DNA of 64,000 nt from Selaginella moellendorffii (GCF_000143415.4 NW_003314335.1:402113-466112), one strand, 5' to 3'. Positions 24,067-37,393 are shown, counted from the first letter of the stretch. Notes: generated by a model not told the origin, from the letters alone. Numbers and translations are program-made.

Positions 24067-25632
24067 TGTAAACGACTAAATTTTCCATTCTACTTTAGTC
24101 ATTTAACCACACCTCCAACCACTTAGAGGAGTCTCACTTACAACCTCCATAAGTCCTATTTCGAACTTAGGCTTGTTAGCCTCGAGAATGGCATCCCTGC
24201 CATTCAACCTTTGCACTTGGTCCAAATGCTCTACGTGTCCGATCCCATGACCGACACCCCAAGATACCATTGACATATCAGCATGTTACGCTAAGGCCAT
24301 GCCCCTTCACCTTGGTTACACCGGTGGTCTAACACCACTTGTATCACAGTCCTGTATCTCAAGGACTATGCCATCCATCCATGAGTGATCATCCCAAATC
24401 CACTTCTTATCATCTTTAGGATGCCCGCAGACATAAGGAATAGCCTTCCCCAATATCCCTTTTCCGGTCCCCACCAAGTCCCTTTCTACCCATGGCCGTG
24501 TTCGCCAACACTGGATCGAGGCCCACAAGCCCAACCACTAAGTCCTATGGTCTTATGGGACTTCCTTACCACACGACTATATCTTTGGTCACTACACCAG
24601 AGAACTACTCCTCTTCCTTTCCACAGTCTGGGCCTTTGGGACAACATTTCGGAACACCGTGTCTCTACACAAGCCTTATGGGTACTCTCCCTGCCTTCCG
24701 CCTTTGGGTGCTCTAGCCATGGGCTCAAAGCGAGGTTCCATTGAGCCATGCCAGGTATCCAAGTAGGTAGTGCCACCCATACTTGGACTAGGAGCATCAA
24801 CCATTCGATCTCCCGAGGGAACTAGAGCCAGTTCTTAAACACTTCACCAAGTGACCTCATTTGTCGGTCCGTATTCACTCTAGTCTTGGACTTCCCAGTG
24901 GACAACTCATCACCCAATACTGGGTATGGCCTTCCTGGGCCAAACTAGCCTTTTCTAGCTAAATTGGCTGCACTAAGCTCCAACCCCCATACTCTCCCTA
25001 CTATACTTTTAAAACACCCCGCAGCCCCCCCCCCCAGGGGACGATCGCTTTGGGCTTTCACCCAATTGCCTGTATTAGTATTTGGACTCGAACTCAGACT
25101 CGGTCTCGGTCTCGGTTTCAGACTCGGACTCGGTCTCGATCTTGGTCTCAGTCTCGGTTTCAGTCTCGGTTCCATCTCGAACTCCATCTCGGGTCCATCT
25201 TGGACTTCATCTTGGGTCCATCTCGGACTCCATCTCAGACTCCATCTCGGGTCCATCTTGGACTCCATCTCGGACTCCATCTCGGGTCCATCTCAGACTT
25301 CATCTCAAACTCCATCTCAGGTCCATCTTGGACTCCATCTCGGGTCCATCTCGGACTCCATCTCGGGTCCATCTCAGATCCATCTCAGACTCCTTTTCGG
25401 ACACTTCCATGTGTCATGTGTTGGTCCTTTTGGGTCCCTTTTTGGAGTCTCACTTATTGCTCGCTTCATGCTCGTTTCTCGAGCACTTTTTTGGGAGTTC
25501 CACTCCCACTCTCAACCTTTCAAGTCAAGCTTTTAGTCCAAACGTGTTACGCTCGTTTGGCTTTCGCTTCGGCCACTACCACATAGCACCCTTTCGGCTC
25601 CACTTTGGGGCCTAGGGATTTTGTTTCTCACA
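24067..25632. mobile_element. Probable solo LTR (1566 bp) of an unrelated LTR retrotransposon
   Basis: TGT...ACA termini, perfect 5-bp TSD TATTG (24062-24066, 25633-25637), empty site in copy 3 near 60691; no coding domains recognised. Confidence 0.8.
25083..25392. repeat. Compound tandem repeat (6-bp ctcggt/ctcgga units grading into 11-12-bp tccatctcgg-based units)
   Basis: Directly visible; explains the repetitive ORFs in several frames. Confidence 0.9.
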
Positions 25633-28380
25633 TATTGATGCCAAGGCTTCCACCTAGGAAATGGAAAATGCCAAATTGAAAAATGTTGACAATGCCAATA
25701 TATGTGGCCAATCTATTACAAACTTAACAGCAGACATCATAGCTACAACCATTTACTTCCTCTTGTCCTTGAATACAAGTAGCAACAATATCAAACTCTA
25801 TCGGAATAGAACCATCTTCCATAAAAAGTGGAGTTGAAAAATATGTAACGAGAAGTGGAAGAGGCAATGTTTTATAACGTTGTGCTAATTAAAAAGCATT
25901 GTTAAGGGTGGCTAGAGCAAGTGCATGCATAAATTTCACAAGATCTTGATGAAATGCTAATTACAATATTCCCAATTTGATCTATTCTGACATATTTGAC
26001 TCTACACAAAGCAAAAAGCTCTAAAAACAAATTAACGCATCCACCCGTGGCAAATATACATAGCCATTGTAATAGAGAATCACATCCACTAATGATGCCA
26101 AATTGCATCACTAACTCAAATAGCCTTTGACAAAGACAATGCAATTGTTGAAAGGTATAATCACAATAATTGGCATGTTCAAATACACATGTAAAAATGT
26201 CTAGGAGAATTCTCCAATCCGCACAAATAGTTGCACTTAAACCATTATACTACTGCAACACCATCTCTTAAAGGCACATGGGAAACTTATGTAAATGTCG
26301 AACAATCCCAAGAATGCAATCACTGTAAAATGATTGAATCAATGATACATATCATCCTTAGGATTCCCACAAAATAACTTTGGCCAAACGCAAAGATTAA
26401 CAATACGAGTAGGAGGAGTTATACCACATGCTATAAATACTACTATTAACTAAGTTTGGTTATTTAACTGGAACCATATAGTATCAAACAATTGCACAAT
26501 TACTACTCTAAAGTCAAAAGAGAGTAAGCTACTACTCTCCATGAAGATGAACGAAAAGGAGACAAAGCAAAAGAAAAGAAATTGAAAAAGCTATAAAGAA
26601 ATAAGATCTAAATAATACAAAAGCTAAATCTAAATCAAAATCCCAAATTCAAGCACTCTTCAAGAACAATCAAAGCTACCACTCACCTTCACCAATGTGG
26701 CATGGAATATTAAAGGGAATACAAAAATGTGCATATTAATTAATTCAAAGACTCTAGCTTATATACAGGAGTGAGTAGTCCGGATTAAAACCAATTTGAT
26801 GGCTATCAAAATCCCACTATGTTAATAATATTGTATAGTTATTAATATTAATATACAGCATTGTAATTGTAAACTTGGACCTCATATTAATGTTTAAGTT
26901 TTCTAAAGTATTTGAGATTGTATAATTTTTGCATAACCATATAAATAATATATAGTGAATTGATAAAAGTTTAGGAAAGATCAGATAAAAAGTGTTGCTA
27001 TTCAAAATAACAAAAGAACTTGTTGCTTAGTTGAAAAGGCGAATTGGAACTTATGTTCAGAATAAATTACATCTATAATTGAATTAATTTATTTTTAATA
27101 CATACTATATAAAATGAATAATACTTTAAAACTAAGGGAAAAGAATGAAAGCTTTATTTTTATTACTATTATTGATATTATTATTATTATATAACTTTAA
27201 AAAGCATTATATTATTAATTAAAATATAAAAAGTAAAGATACTTATGAATTTTTATTCAATAATATAATAAATAGAGAATAAATATGGCCAAAGCTATGC
27301 AGTATATATTGCAAAATCATAATTTTATCTTAGATCAATCACAATGATGATTTAACTTAATTAGCTCCATCCTCTGAAAAAAGCTCAAATCAGATTTTTT
27401 AGTTGAAATTAAACATTTTTAGTAATAATTATGTTATGCTTAGATGTTTTTTTATAATACACTCATTTTTTAACAAATTAGTTAAATTAATATTCTTAGA
27501 ATTAGTGGAAATGGTGCTACTGTATAATCAAAGTATTTGGCATTATTGCCTAAAATTACCAGCTAATGTCTCTCTCAACCTTTAATACCATATATGAAAA
27601 TGGAATTTTGAATATAAACATTCTTATAAGAACCTTTTTAATATATATAAATGTTATATAAGACTTAAAGAGCGTGGTAATGCCATGTGTTCCTAATCAA
27701 AATTAAATCTCAATTAGACTAGTCTTTGATGCTTTATCATTCTAAAGTTTTTGTAAATATGGAATTGATCTTTGTGGATTGTTTTGCCTAATGAGAGCAG
27801 CATGACACTTGTTTTTCATATTGTGCTATATGGTAGACAAGATTATGAATTGTTTATTAATGAATTTTTGGAGAATAAATGGACCCATAATTGCAATATA
27901 TGGAAAAGATATGGATAGATATGAGTTTTTACTCCAGAGGAAGGTTGTACCTTACAATAAATCTATTATAAACTATTTAAATTTTTTATTAGCAACATTT
28001 GAAGACCTTGTTTGTAAATAAGGTGACCTTAGTTAAAGAAAATAACAATAAACCCTTTTGTATCAATAATCTTTTAAATCTAGCTTTAAATTAATTAAAT
28101 AATTTTAAACAAACTAAATAAGTTGGTTTGAGCAAAATGATTGGTGCATATGCTGTAACGAATATTCTTTATATGCTGGTAAAACCTTTCTCTTAAGGCG
28201 TTCCTAGGTTGGGCTTCGCCGCTCTCAATCAGGTCGATCACTCCAGCTCCAGATCCGGTCGCCCGGGGGACGCCATCGCCCGTAAGTAGTGCGCAGTGCA
28301 CAAGATCTATGCCTGTAGGGTTTTAATCCATGGCGCTCGCTGTGCTTTCTCCTGGCAGGGTTTTTCCAATGTCTTCCGCC

Positions 28381-29500
28381 ATGAGACCGGTCTTTTGCGG
28401 GAACTTCGAGTATGATGCCCGGCAGTCCGAGATAGAGCGGATGTTTGCGAAATTTGGCAAAGTCGATAGAGTGGACATGAAAACAGGTAGGCTGTGGATT
28501 TTAACAAACACACACACACACTGGTTCAGTGCACTGCAGTCTCTTGAGTGTTCTTCATGTTGTTCTTGGCTGAGTTCTTCGTCCGCGTCATTCATCATAG
28601 GAAAAACATCATAAAAAAAACTACGCACTGCTCTCAACATTTCGTGATGATCTTGCCTGACAACGGTACTGACTACGTTGGCATCATTATTTTCTTCCGT
28701 TTCGTCTCGGACACCAGGCTTCGCCTTTGTTTACATGGAGGACGAACGAGATGCCGAAGACGCCATTCAGGACCTGGACAACGTCGAGTTTGGCCGGCAG
28801 CGACGGCCTCTCCGTGTGGAGTGGGCTAAGGTATGGCATTGAAGCTTCCTTGTTTTTCCTGTGCGTTTCTTCACCCAAGTCCGAATCGATTCGTTTGCAG
28901 CAAGGTGACAGCGCCATCAAAAGAAGAGAAGACGCCCGAAGAAGCATCACCAAGCAGAGGCCAACCAAGACGCTGTTCGTCGTCAACTTCGACCCCATCA
29001 ACACCAGAACGCGCGACTTGGAGCGGCACTTTGAGCCGTATGGCAAGCTCGTCCGGGTGCAAATCCGGAAGAACTTCGCATTCGTCCAGTACGAGTCGCA
29101 GGAGGAGGCAACCAAGGCTCTGGAATCCACTCACCTGAGGTACTCTCGCTTCGCGTTTCGCTGCTTTGGATCTCTCATAGCTCTTTCCTCTTTGCTTCCT
29201 CAGCAAAGTCGTGGACAGGGTGATCAGTGTCGAGTACGCTGCGAGAGAAAATGGTGATCCTCCTGGAAGGGGTCGACGCAGTCCAAGCCCTCGCCATAGA
29301 TCACGCGGCAGTCCCGACTATGGGGGTGGTCGTCCACGATCTCCCTACAGCCGCCATCGCAGGTTAGATCAAGCTTTTCTTTGTTTCTAGTCTTTGGGCT
29401 TATTTTCCTTTCTGTGACTTTCTGTAGCAGTCGCTCCCCAGTAAGACGCTATAGGAGCCGGTCGCCAGATTATCGCCCATACTCTGGAAGCCGCCATTAA
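28381..29500 (+). CDS. Plant RS-subfamily SR splicing factor (RS31/RS40-like), two RRMs + RS domain
   Basis: [36 protein letters not shown]|[53 protein letters not shown] tail. Confidence 0.92.
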
Positions 29501-29637
29501 AAGTTTTCAACAACGCAGAAACGCTGGATTTGTTTGCTTGGTTCTTTTTACAATGTATAGCTAATATTCTATCTTGTAACTGTTCTTAAAAACTCTATTA
29601 ATTCTGTTTAGCAAAGCTAATATGCATTATGGGATAA

Positions 29638-29653
29638 GCGGGGGTAGCTCAGA

Positions 29654-29685
<32 letters not shown>

Positions 29686-29710
29686 GCGTGTTCGATCCAC
29701 GCCCACCGCA
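29638..29710 (+). tRNA. trnF-GAA: tRNA-Phe (GAA)
   Basis: 73-nt cloverleaf GCGGGGGTAGCTCAGATGGGAGAGCG TCAGA CTGAAGA TCTGA AGGTCGCGTGTTCGATCCACGCCCACCGCA followed by TTTTT. Confidence 0.97.
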
Positions 29711-29754
29711 TTTTTCTAAGTGTGTACACGTTTTAGGGTTTTAGCTCTTTGGCG

Positions 29755-30353
29755 ATGGCTAGCGAGAACGAGGAGAAGGAGGCCGTGCGCGTCGCCGTGA
29801 AGGAGATTTTGAGCGAGGAGGACATGGACGTGGTGACGGAAGGGATGGTGAGGAAGAAGGCGGCGGAGCGAGCGGGCGTGGAGGTATCCGCGCCGTGGTT
29901 CAAGGGATTTGTCAAGCAGCTCATCCAGGAATTTGTAAGTGCTAGGCAGGACAAGAGCAAGAGAGGAGAAGAAGAAGAAGAGAAAGGAGATGAGAATGCT
30001 GGCTCCCAAGAATCCTCCAAAGCTATGCTAGCGGAAGGGGAGGACGAGATCATTTGCCAGGTGATTGATCGATCAACCAAAGCGTTCTTTTTGTTTGCTG
30101 ATAATCCCTTGCAGCTATCAGGCAAGAGGAACGTTAGCGTCCAGAATTTCAGAGGCAAAGCGCTCGTTTCGATCCGCGAGTACTATGAGAAGGATGGGAA
30201 AACGCTACCGTCCAGCAAAGGTGCGTTACTGGAGATCAAATTCTCATAGTTTCTCCTTTTTTCTTAGCAGGAATTAGCCTTACGATCGATCAGTGGGAGG
30301 CACTCAAGAAAGAACTCCCGGCGATTAGACAAGCCATCGAATCACTGCAGTGA
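29755..30353 (+). CDS. KELP: KELP-like transcriptional coactivator (DEK-C + PC4 domain), 3 exons
   Basis: VKEILSEEDMDVVTEGMVRKKAAE; IICQ|LSGKRNVSVQNFRGKALVSIREYYEKDGKTLPSSK|GISLTIDQWEALKK. Confidence 0.9.
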
Positions 30354-30587
30354 ATCGAGAAAAATCGCGCAAGCGTTTTGTAAGGTTGGAGAGCTTGTAA
30401 GTTTGAACGTTGGCGATTTCTAGCGTGTCGACATTGTCGTGGTTGTGTGTCGACACATGGGAAATTTTCAATCAATGTTCTTTAGGGTTGGATAAAAATT
30501 TAGGGATTTCCATCGTCCAGAGCTATGGGCGCCAGGAGGAGCGGCTGGATTCTCCTGCTGCAGCGCGGGTAGGCTAGCAGGGATTCC

Positions 30588-33500
30588 ATGGCGGCAGCGG
30601 CGGCATCAGCTGCGGTGATGAATGCTTGGCGCGCCAATGCCGGCGTCACAGCTTGCAAGACGTCGTTTGGATCGTCGTCCAGGCACAGGCGATCGCAATG
30701 CCGGGCCTTGCAGCTGAGATTTCGTGGTGCCGTGTGGAAAGCGATTGTCTGGGAGGTGAAGAGCTCGAGATCCGTTCGTCGTCGCAGATGCTGCTACACA
30801 GTATGCTTTGGCCACAGCCACGATCACGATCATTCGCATTCTCACCATGAGCACGAGCACGAGCACGGGCATTGCCATTCGACGCAGGACAGCCGCGACT
30901 GGAATTTCGTCCAGCGAGCGCTCATCACGGTTGCCGATGCCACTGGCATTGCTGCTGTCGCGAATTCCTGGCGTGACAGCCTCCAATTGTGCTGTGTCTC
31001 GATTGGTCTTGTGTTCTTGGCGATTTTTTCGCCTCGGCTACTACCACGAGCTAGAGGCCTCCAAACCGGTCTCGCCATTGTTGCTTTTTCGCTCACAGGG
31101 GTAAGTGACAAGTGTTCTTCCATAGTGTTCTCGTGATTATTTATTGAGTCTTTTTTCAGGTTCCAGCAGTGTTGGATGCTTGCATGGATGTTGCTGGTGG
31201 CAAAGTAAACATTCATGTTCTCATGGCGCTCGCGGCATTTGGTTCGGTTTTCATGGGAAATGCTCTTGAGGGTGCTTTGCTTCTGGCGATGTTTAGTCTA
31301 TCGCACCAAGGTATTTGTTTGAAAATATTTCTTTTCCTACGAGTTCGTGCTTTTGCAGCCGAGGAGTACTTCACAAACCGGGCTCTGGGCGACGTGAAGG
31401 CCCTGAAGAAAAGCAATCCCGAGTTTGCTCTTGTCTTGGATCGCGAGGTTTCATCGCACTCGCATCTGAGTACGACCGTGCCTTACGTCGAAGTAGATGT
31501 GTCCAAGGTCGAAGTCGGGGCTTTACTGCTCGTGAAAGCGGGTGAGGTATATTGATATGTTTCTATCAGACATCCTTGATTGTAGCGTTTCTTTCGTTTG
31601 CAACAGGGAGTGCCTGTTGATTGCCAAGTATGGCAAGGGAGATCAACTGTGACAGTCGAGCATCTCACTGGAGAAGCACATCCCTTAGACAAGCGAGTGG
31701 GAGATACCATTCCGGGAGGAGCTCGTAATCTCGATGGAATGCTAATCGTGAAGGTTTGTTAGTACATCTTTATAGTCTCTATCAACTTGACCGCGGGTTT
31801 ACAGGCTACCAAAACTTGGGAAGAATCTACGCTTGCAAGGATCATGAAGTTGACTGAAGAGGCACAAGCAAACAAGCCGAGACTGCAAAGGTGGCTTGAC
31901 GAATTTGGCGAAAAGTACAGTAAAGCGGTCGTAGCAATGTCCGTGACCGTAGCTGCTTTGGGACCATTTGTTTTCAAGTGGCCTTTCCTCAGCACTTCAG
32001 GTTGGTCAGTGATCTCCCGTGGTATTTTTGAGTCATGCTTATTCATCGTGCTGACAGGCGTGCGGGGATCACTGTATAGAGGACTCGGCCTCATGGTTGC
32101 AGCATCTCCTTGCGCCTTGGCGGTGGCACCTCTGGCTTATGCGACTGCAATAAGTTCTTGCGCTAGTAAGGTGAGATATATAGTTTCCTGATTCTTTGAT
32201 TCATTTCTTTAGATGTGCTTTGACAGGGCATTCTACTGAAGGGTGGTGAAGTATTTGATGCTCTTGCAGCCTGTGACACTGTCGCGTTTGATAAGACTGG
32301 CACTCTTACAACGGGCGAACTTGAGTGCAAGGCCATTGAGCCTATCCATGGCCACCTTGGTGCAGGGAAGGCCAATTGCTGTAATCCAAGTTGCGAGGTG
32401 GAGGCCCTTGCTGTAGCAGCCGCGATGGAGCGTGGAGCGACACATCCAATTGCTCGGTAAACAGTATATGTGGTTTTTGTTTGGAGTTTAGAATGTGGCT
32501 GACTGCGTTTATCTTTTATAGAGCCGTTGTGGAACACAGTGAAGGGAAAGAGTTACCGTCCATTGTGATTGATACTTTTGAGTCCTTGCCTGGACAAGGA
32601 TTGTTTGCCACAATTGCAAATCGCAAGGTACTAGTTGGAACTAATTTTCCTTTCTTCTGAAACTTCCGTGTGTAGTCCGGCCACAAAGCCTTGATAGGCT
32701 CGTTGGACTACATTGCTTCTTCCTTTCCAAGCATGTCTAGCTCCCAGAAGGTCAGGGAGGCAGCAAGACTGTCGATCCATGGAAATGACTTGGTGCACGC
32801 GGTCCTCTCAATCGATGAGAAAGTACGTCATTTGTTTTTACCTTCATCTTAGTAACCAGTTTTTAGACAGGTTACGTTGTTTCACTTTGAAGACAAGATT
32901 CGTGCTGGAACAGCAGAAGTTCTGCGATCGTTGAAGGAAGAAGCAGGACTCAAGCTTCTGATGCTAACCGGTGATCATCCTGCCAGTGCCCAGCGAGTGG
33001 CAAACGCTGTAGGCATTGAAGAGGTACACTCGGATCTTCGGCCCGAGGATAAGCTTCTCCATGTCAAAAAGCTTGCGCGACAAAGAGGTGCCTGCTCAAA
33101 GTTACCAACTTGTATCTCGTCTCACCTCTGTCTCCTTTGTTAGATGAAGGTAATCTGGGAGGTTTGATAATGGTGGGAGACGGCGTGAACGATGCTCCGG
33201 CACTGGCAGCCGCCACCGTGGGTATCGTTTTGGCTCGCTTTGCAAGCGCAACTGCTGTGGCGGTGGCAGACGTACTGCTGCTCAAAGATGCAATCGACGG
33301 AGTTCCATTTGTGATCTCCAAAGCCCGGCAAACGACTTCTCTGGTATGTTGTGTCCTATCTTGTCCTTTTTAAAACTCCGAACATCCACAGGTGAAACAA
33401 AATGTAATCCTGGCGATGGCATCGATTGTAGTGGCTGCATTGTCTTCTGTGGGAGGGCTACTTCCACTGTGGATAACGGTGAATGCTACTAAACTTTTAA

Positions 33501-33695
33501 GATTACCTCTGTGCTAACACACGAAGTCTATTGCAGGTTCTACTTCACGAAGGTGGGACTTTACTCGTTTGCGTCAACTCGGTTCGTGCCTTGAATGAGC
33601 CCTTGTGGTCGTCACAATGGAGAAGAGATATGGTAAGTTTCATTCAAGGCTTGATAGGTGATAGAACGAGGAAAGAAGCAGCACATGTAATCTAA
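30588..33695 (+). CDS. HMA1: Chloroplast heavy-metal P1B-4 ATPase HMA1, multi-exon
   Basis: Transit-like peptide, His-rich N-terminus, VNIHVLMALAAF, LTGEA, SPC motif (VAASPCAL), DKTGT, HP, GDGVND, HEGGT. Confidence 0.93.
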
Positions 33696-34550
33696 TAAGG
33701 TGAGAGGATCAAGAAGTAACTAAGCATCTAAATGCCATTGGATCTAATCTAAAATAAACGTTCCTCTAGCCTTGGCACTACAAGAACTACTGTCATTCCT
33801 ACAAAACAAGAACTACTATAAGAAGTCAAAAGAAAATTTGATAGCCAGACCATCAAACCGATCCATTTTCTTCCTTGTTTGTCTCGGTTTCCACTCCCTG
33901 GTCCATAGTTGAGCGTATAAAAGAACATAACAAGAACTAACACCCATTCCAAAGGCCCGAGGTTGAATGGCCTTGGAGCCGCAATAATAATAATACATAT
34001 TTTTGTCTTTCGGGTAAGACCACCTTAAACTCGGTGACACGAAAAATTGTGATCAATTAAATTTCCACCATAGGAACAGCATGTAAAATCCCCACTTTGA
34101 TGCTTCTGCTACTTGCATTGTCGACTTTTGAGATTAGTCATTATTGCACCATTGCCTTGCCCAGCACAGCTTTCACGGAGAAATGTTTGGAGAAGTTCCC
34201 AGCATTGATCACAGCTACAAAAATTTAGACCAACAGTAATTCCGTGAACTTCCTAATTAGCTGTTCTGATTTCCGCTATAGTAACAAAGGACTTTCAAGC
34301 TGCATATTCATTCATTCATTAACTGTTCCAAGAAGCATGAGACTGACGAATTATAGTAAGATGTTTTGATGATCTCATGAGATATTTGTTTGCTGAGCTC
34401 CTCCAGGTCTTCTACCACCACGCCTTCTGTCCCCGCCCTCTGTTTCACCGACCTACCAAAATATATGAATACAGCCAGGAAGGGCTCGCATTTCCATCTG
34501 AGACAAGAGGAAATGCAGCTTATTCTCTATAGCATATTTTAATTTAGATT

Positions 34551-34790
34551 CTGGCGCGACGCTTGCTACAAAGACGACGCAGAAGTGATAAATGATTCAG
34601 ATCTCCAGGCCTGAGGCAATCAAGAAAGGCCATGCAGACGAGAAGGACGAGCCATGGTGGATGAAGCCGGCTTGGCAGATTTCAGCGCCGTGATGAAGAA
34701 TGTGGAGAGCATTGTGGCGGCCGACCCATCGCTCATGAATAGATTGGGCCCGTGAGGGTCCCTCTATCCGACATTGGAGAAAGGGCTCAC
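34551..34790 (+). pseudogene. Lipoxygenase last-exon relic with internal deletions
   Basis: Blocks nearly identical to 39840-39960 and 40300-40440 (gacgcttgctacaaagacgac, aagaaaggccatgcagac, atgaagaatgtggag, agattgggcccgtg). Confidence 0.85.
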
Positions 34791-35100
34791 TTTGAGCTCG
34801 AAGAGGAAATGCCGCTAATAAGAATTTCTCTAATAGATTCTCTATTCGAAAACGACTGTAAAATAACGAATAAATCATTGTCCTAGTACTTTGTGATTTT
34901 TTTCACATTCTTTTCTAGAGCAATCCTTTTCTTTTCTTGAAGGAAATCTGGGATACTTTGTGGACATATACTTTTCTTTAGCCTTGGCACTATATCAAAG
35001 AGAGAAGAACTTTCTATACCATTTTGGTTCATTCCTAGAAGCCAAAAACTACTACATCACTGCAGATTCTAAGTCCAAAAATGATTTGATAGCTAGACCA

Positions 35101-37033
35101 TCAAACCGATCCATTTTCACCCTCTGTCTCGGTTTGTATGTTCGCCACAGGCCCTCTGAACCAATGCCGAGCGTAAACGAGCCAGCTCGTCACCACCAGG
35201 ATCAAAACACCCCCCACGGCGACTGGTGCATAGTTGAGCGATGTCTCTGTGACCGGGTAAGCCACTGGCAAGCAGAACAAGACCGTGATTGTCGCCACCC
35301 ATAAAACTGACACCCATCCCAGAACAAATCCAAAAGGCCCCAGGTTAAATGGCCCTGGAATGAAGCTCTTGGCCGCGATGGTAACGCGGAAAAATATCGG
35401 GAGGGCGTATGCAATGTAAAGGCCGATAGTTGCAATTGATACCATAGCTTGAAACGCAACGCTGCTTCCCAAGTACTGGAAAAATATCAAAAACCATGTT
35501 GGTGAGTCCAGCAACGAGAAATAGTAGAGGATACTCACCGGAAGAGCCATGCAAAACGCAATCACGACGGAAAGCCAGACCGCATTCAACGGAACTTCAC
35601 GCGAATTCACAGTGTGCCAGAAGCTAGAGAGCGGCATGGCGCCATCCCTTGAGAAAGCATAGGCCATCCTGCAATGAACGAGAGTTTGGAAAGAGAAAAA
35701 GAAAGAGAAACAACTTTGTACCTTGAGTTGCTAGTTACAGAACTCATGCCACAGAAAAAAATGGCCACGGCAACAATTCCAAGGCATACTATGCCTCCGG
35801 TTCCAGTGCCATATTTATCCTTGAAAATGGTGTAAAAGAGTTGGGCTACGGCATAACCTTTGGCGTCATTGTTTGGATCGAGCAAGAACCCGATGTCGCT
35901 GATCGCGAAAGTGATTCCAAGAATGTAACCCCATCCAACGATGACGGATATGACGACGGCACTTATAATTCCAAATGCACCGTTTTTGTCTGATGATCTC
36001 GTCTCCTCGGACTGCATGGGATGATGGTGAGGAGAATTACAAACCAGAAAGCCTAAAAAAAGTTACCATATGAGCAGAGGCATCGTATCCAGTAAGTGTG
36101 TATTGGCTCATCAAAATTCCAAGAAGAAAAATATACGGATAGCTGTGAATACCTTCGTTGTTCACTGTGTTGAAATACTTGAAAACAAACTCAGGGCTCT
36201 GTGTCTGAGGAGCTAAAACAGGGATCAATATCATCAGCACAAAAACCCCTGCAAAAGAATGGCGTTTAAAAAGAGAACGGAAGAATAACGCTTGTCCCTT
36301 ACCAATCAAGTTCCAGAACGCGGCAAAGGTACCGAAAAAAGAGAGGATATGAATTGGCAGGCTATTTACAAGCCCGTGAAGAAACAAAATGCCTGCATGG
36401 AATCCTATTACGACGTACTTGGAGGCATAATAACCACCCCCATTTGCACCACCTGTGCCCAGGAGTACCATCACTTGAAGGAGAGTGGCTAGAGAAAAGT
36501 CTATGCTTGTCGTCACGGCCCACTGAATTTGAAACTTTCAGCACGCTGGAAGAGAAGAAAAACGAGAGCTAGAAAGACATACCTGACCAACAATGTTGAA
36601 CCTGGAAAGAAAGGAGAATGAGCGAGACGTGAAAGTAAACGAAAGAGCTTACCAGCCAGTGATCCATGCTGCAAACGGACCCCAGTTCTCGCCAGCTAAA
36701 CTGAAGCTCCAAAAGTAGAGTCCTCCAGAGGTTGGGAACGCAGAGCATATCTCTGCCATCGAAAGAGCTACAATCGTAGTGAAGAAGCCAACAATGAGCC
36801 AGCCGTATACCATGGAGATCGGTCCCCCATAACTCAAGCCTGTGCTGTAGAGCGTTGTAATCCCTGTCAAGATCGAAACCACGGCAAAGGAGAACGCAAA
36901 ATTCGAGACAACCCTGAAACCGAAGGAATCAGTCCAAACCGGTTCTTTTCTTTATGTAGAGCACTTACGAGAGTGAGCGCTTGAGTTCCTGCTTGTAGCC
37001 GAGCTCCGCCAAGCGCTTTTGACCGGAATCCAT
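35101..37033 (-). CDS. BAT1: BAT1-like APC amino-acid/GABA permease, multi-exon
   Basis: MDSGQKRLAELGYKQELKRSLS, SMAEICSAFPTSGGLYFWS, SQYTLTGYDASAHM, SVTSNSRMAYAFSRDGAMP, NYAPVAVGG. Confidence 0.92.
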
Positions 37034-37365
37034 CAGAGGTTCTTCGGCGGACATAGGAACAGCGTTCCGGGGCAAGAAAAAAACCCCAACGGGCCCCGCA
37101 CGGCTTTCGAGAACGCGACTCTTTTCGGCTCCTTCTGTTTACAATTGAGCTTAGTTTTATTAGGAGTGGAATAGATTAGAACGTACCTCACTCTTTTTTG
37201 CAGTATGGTCCACATCTGGCCGAAACAGTGACTTCGCAGCTAGGATCGATCAAGTTACTGATCCTCGCATCACCTTGGATGAGCTGTACCGATTTGATTC
37301 CTCTGTGAGAAAGAAAAATCTGCCTGTAGCCTCAATCACATAATACTAATCAGTCCCACCTTCTT

Positions 37366-37393
37366 CACGTGTACGCCTCAAGCTGCGTATAAA
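37366..37393 (+). promoter_or_regulatory. G-box (CACGTG) + TATA box upstream of LOX copy 1
   Basis: CACGTG 37366-37371, TATAAA 37388-37393; same arrangement at 51894-51921 in copy 2. Confidence 0.55.

Larger units (their letters stand above)
20020..26886 (-). mobile_element. Ty3/gypsy family A copy 2, hosting three nested insertions
   Basis: 5' LTR ~26696-26886, PBS TGGTGAAGGTG, RT-RNaseH-INT order (WALKLQIYDFKVLHHQG), PPT AGAGGAGGAGA at ~20065-20075 then partial 3' LTR. Confidence 0.82.

Noticed and set aside
24945-25615. Long ORFs in four frames; CRISPR-like or repeat protein
   Set aside because: By-product of a stop-poor tandem repeat with no unique spacers
26900-28100. AT-rich stretch with coding-like remnants (similar at 5550-6500)
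   Set aside because: No consistent frame, termini or diagnostic motif found
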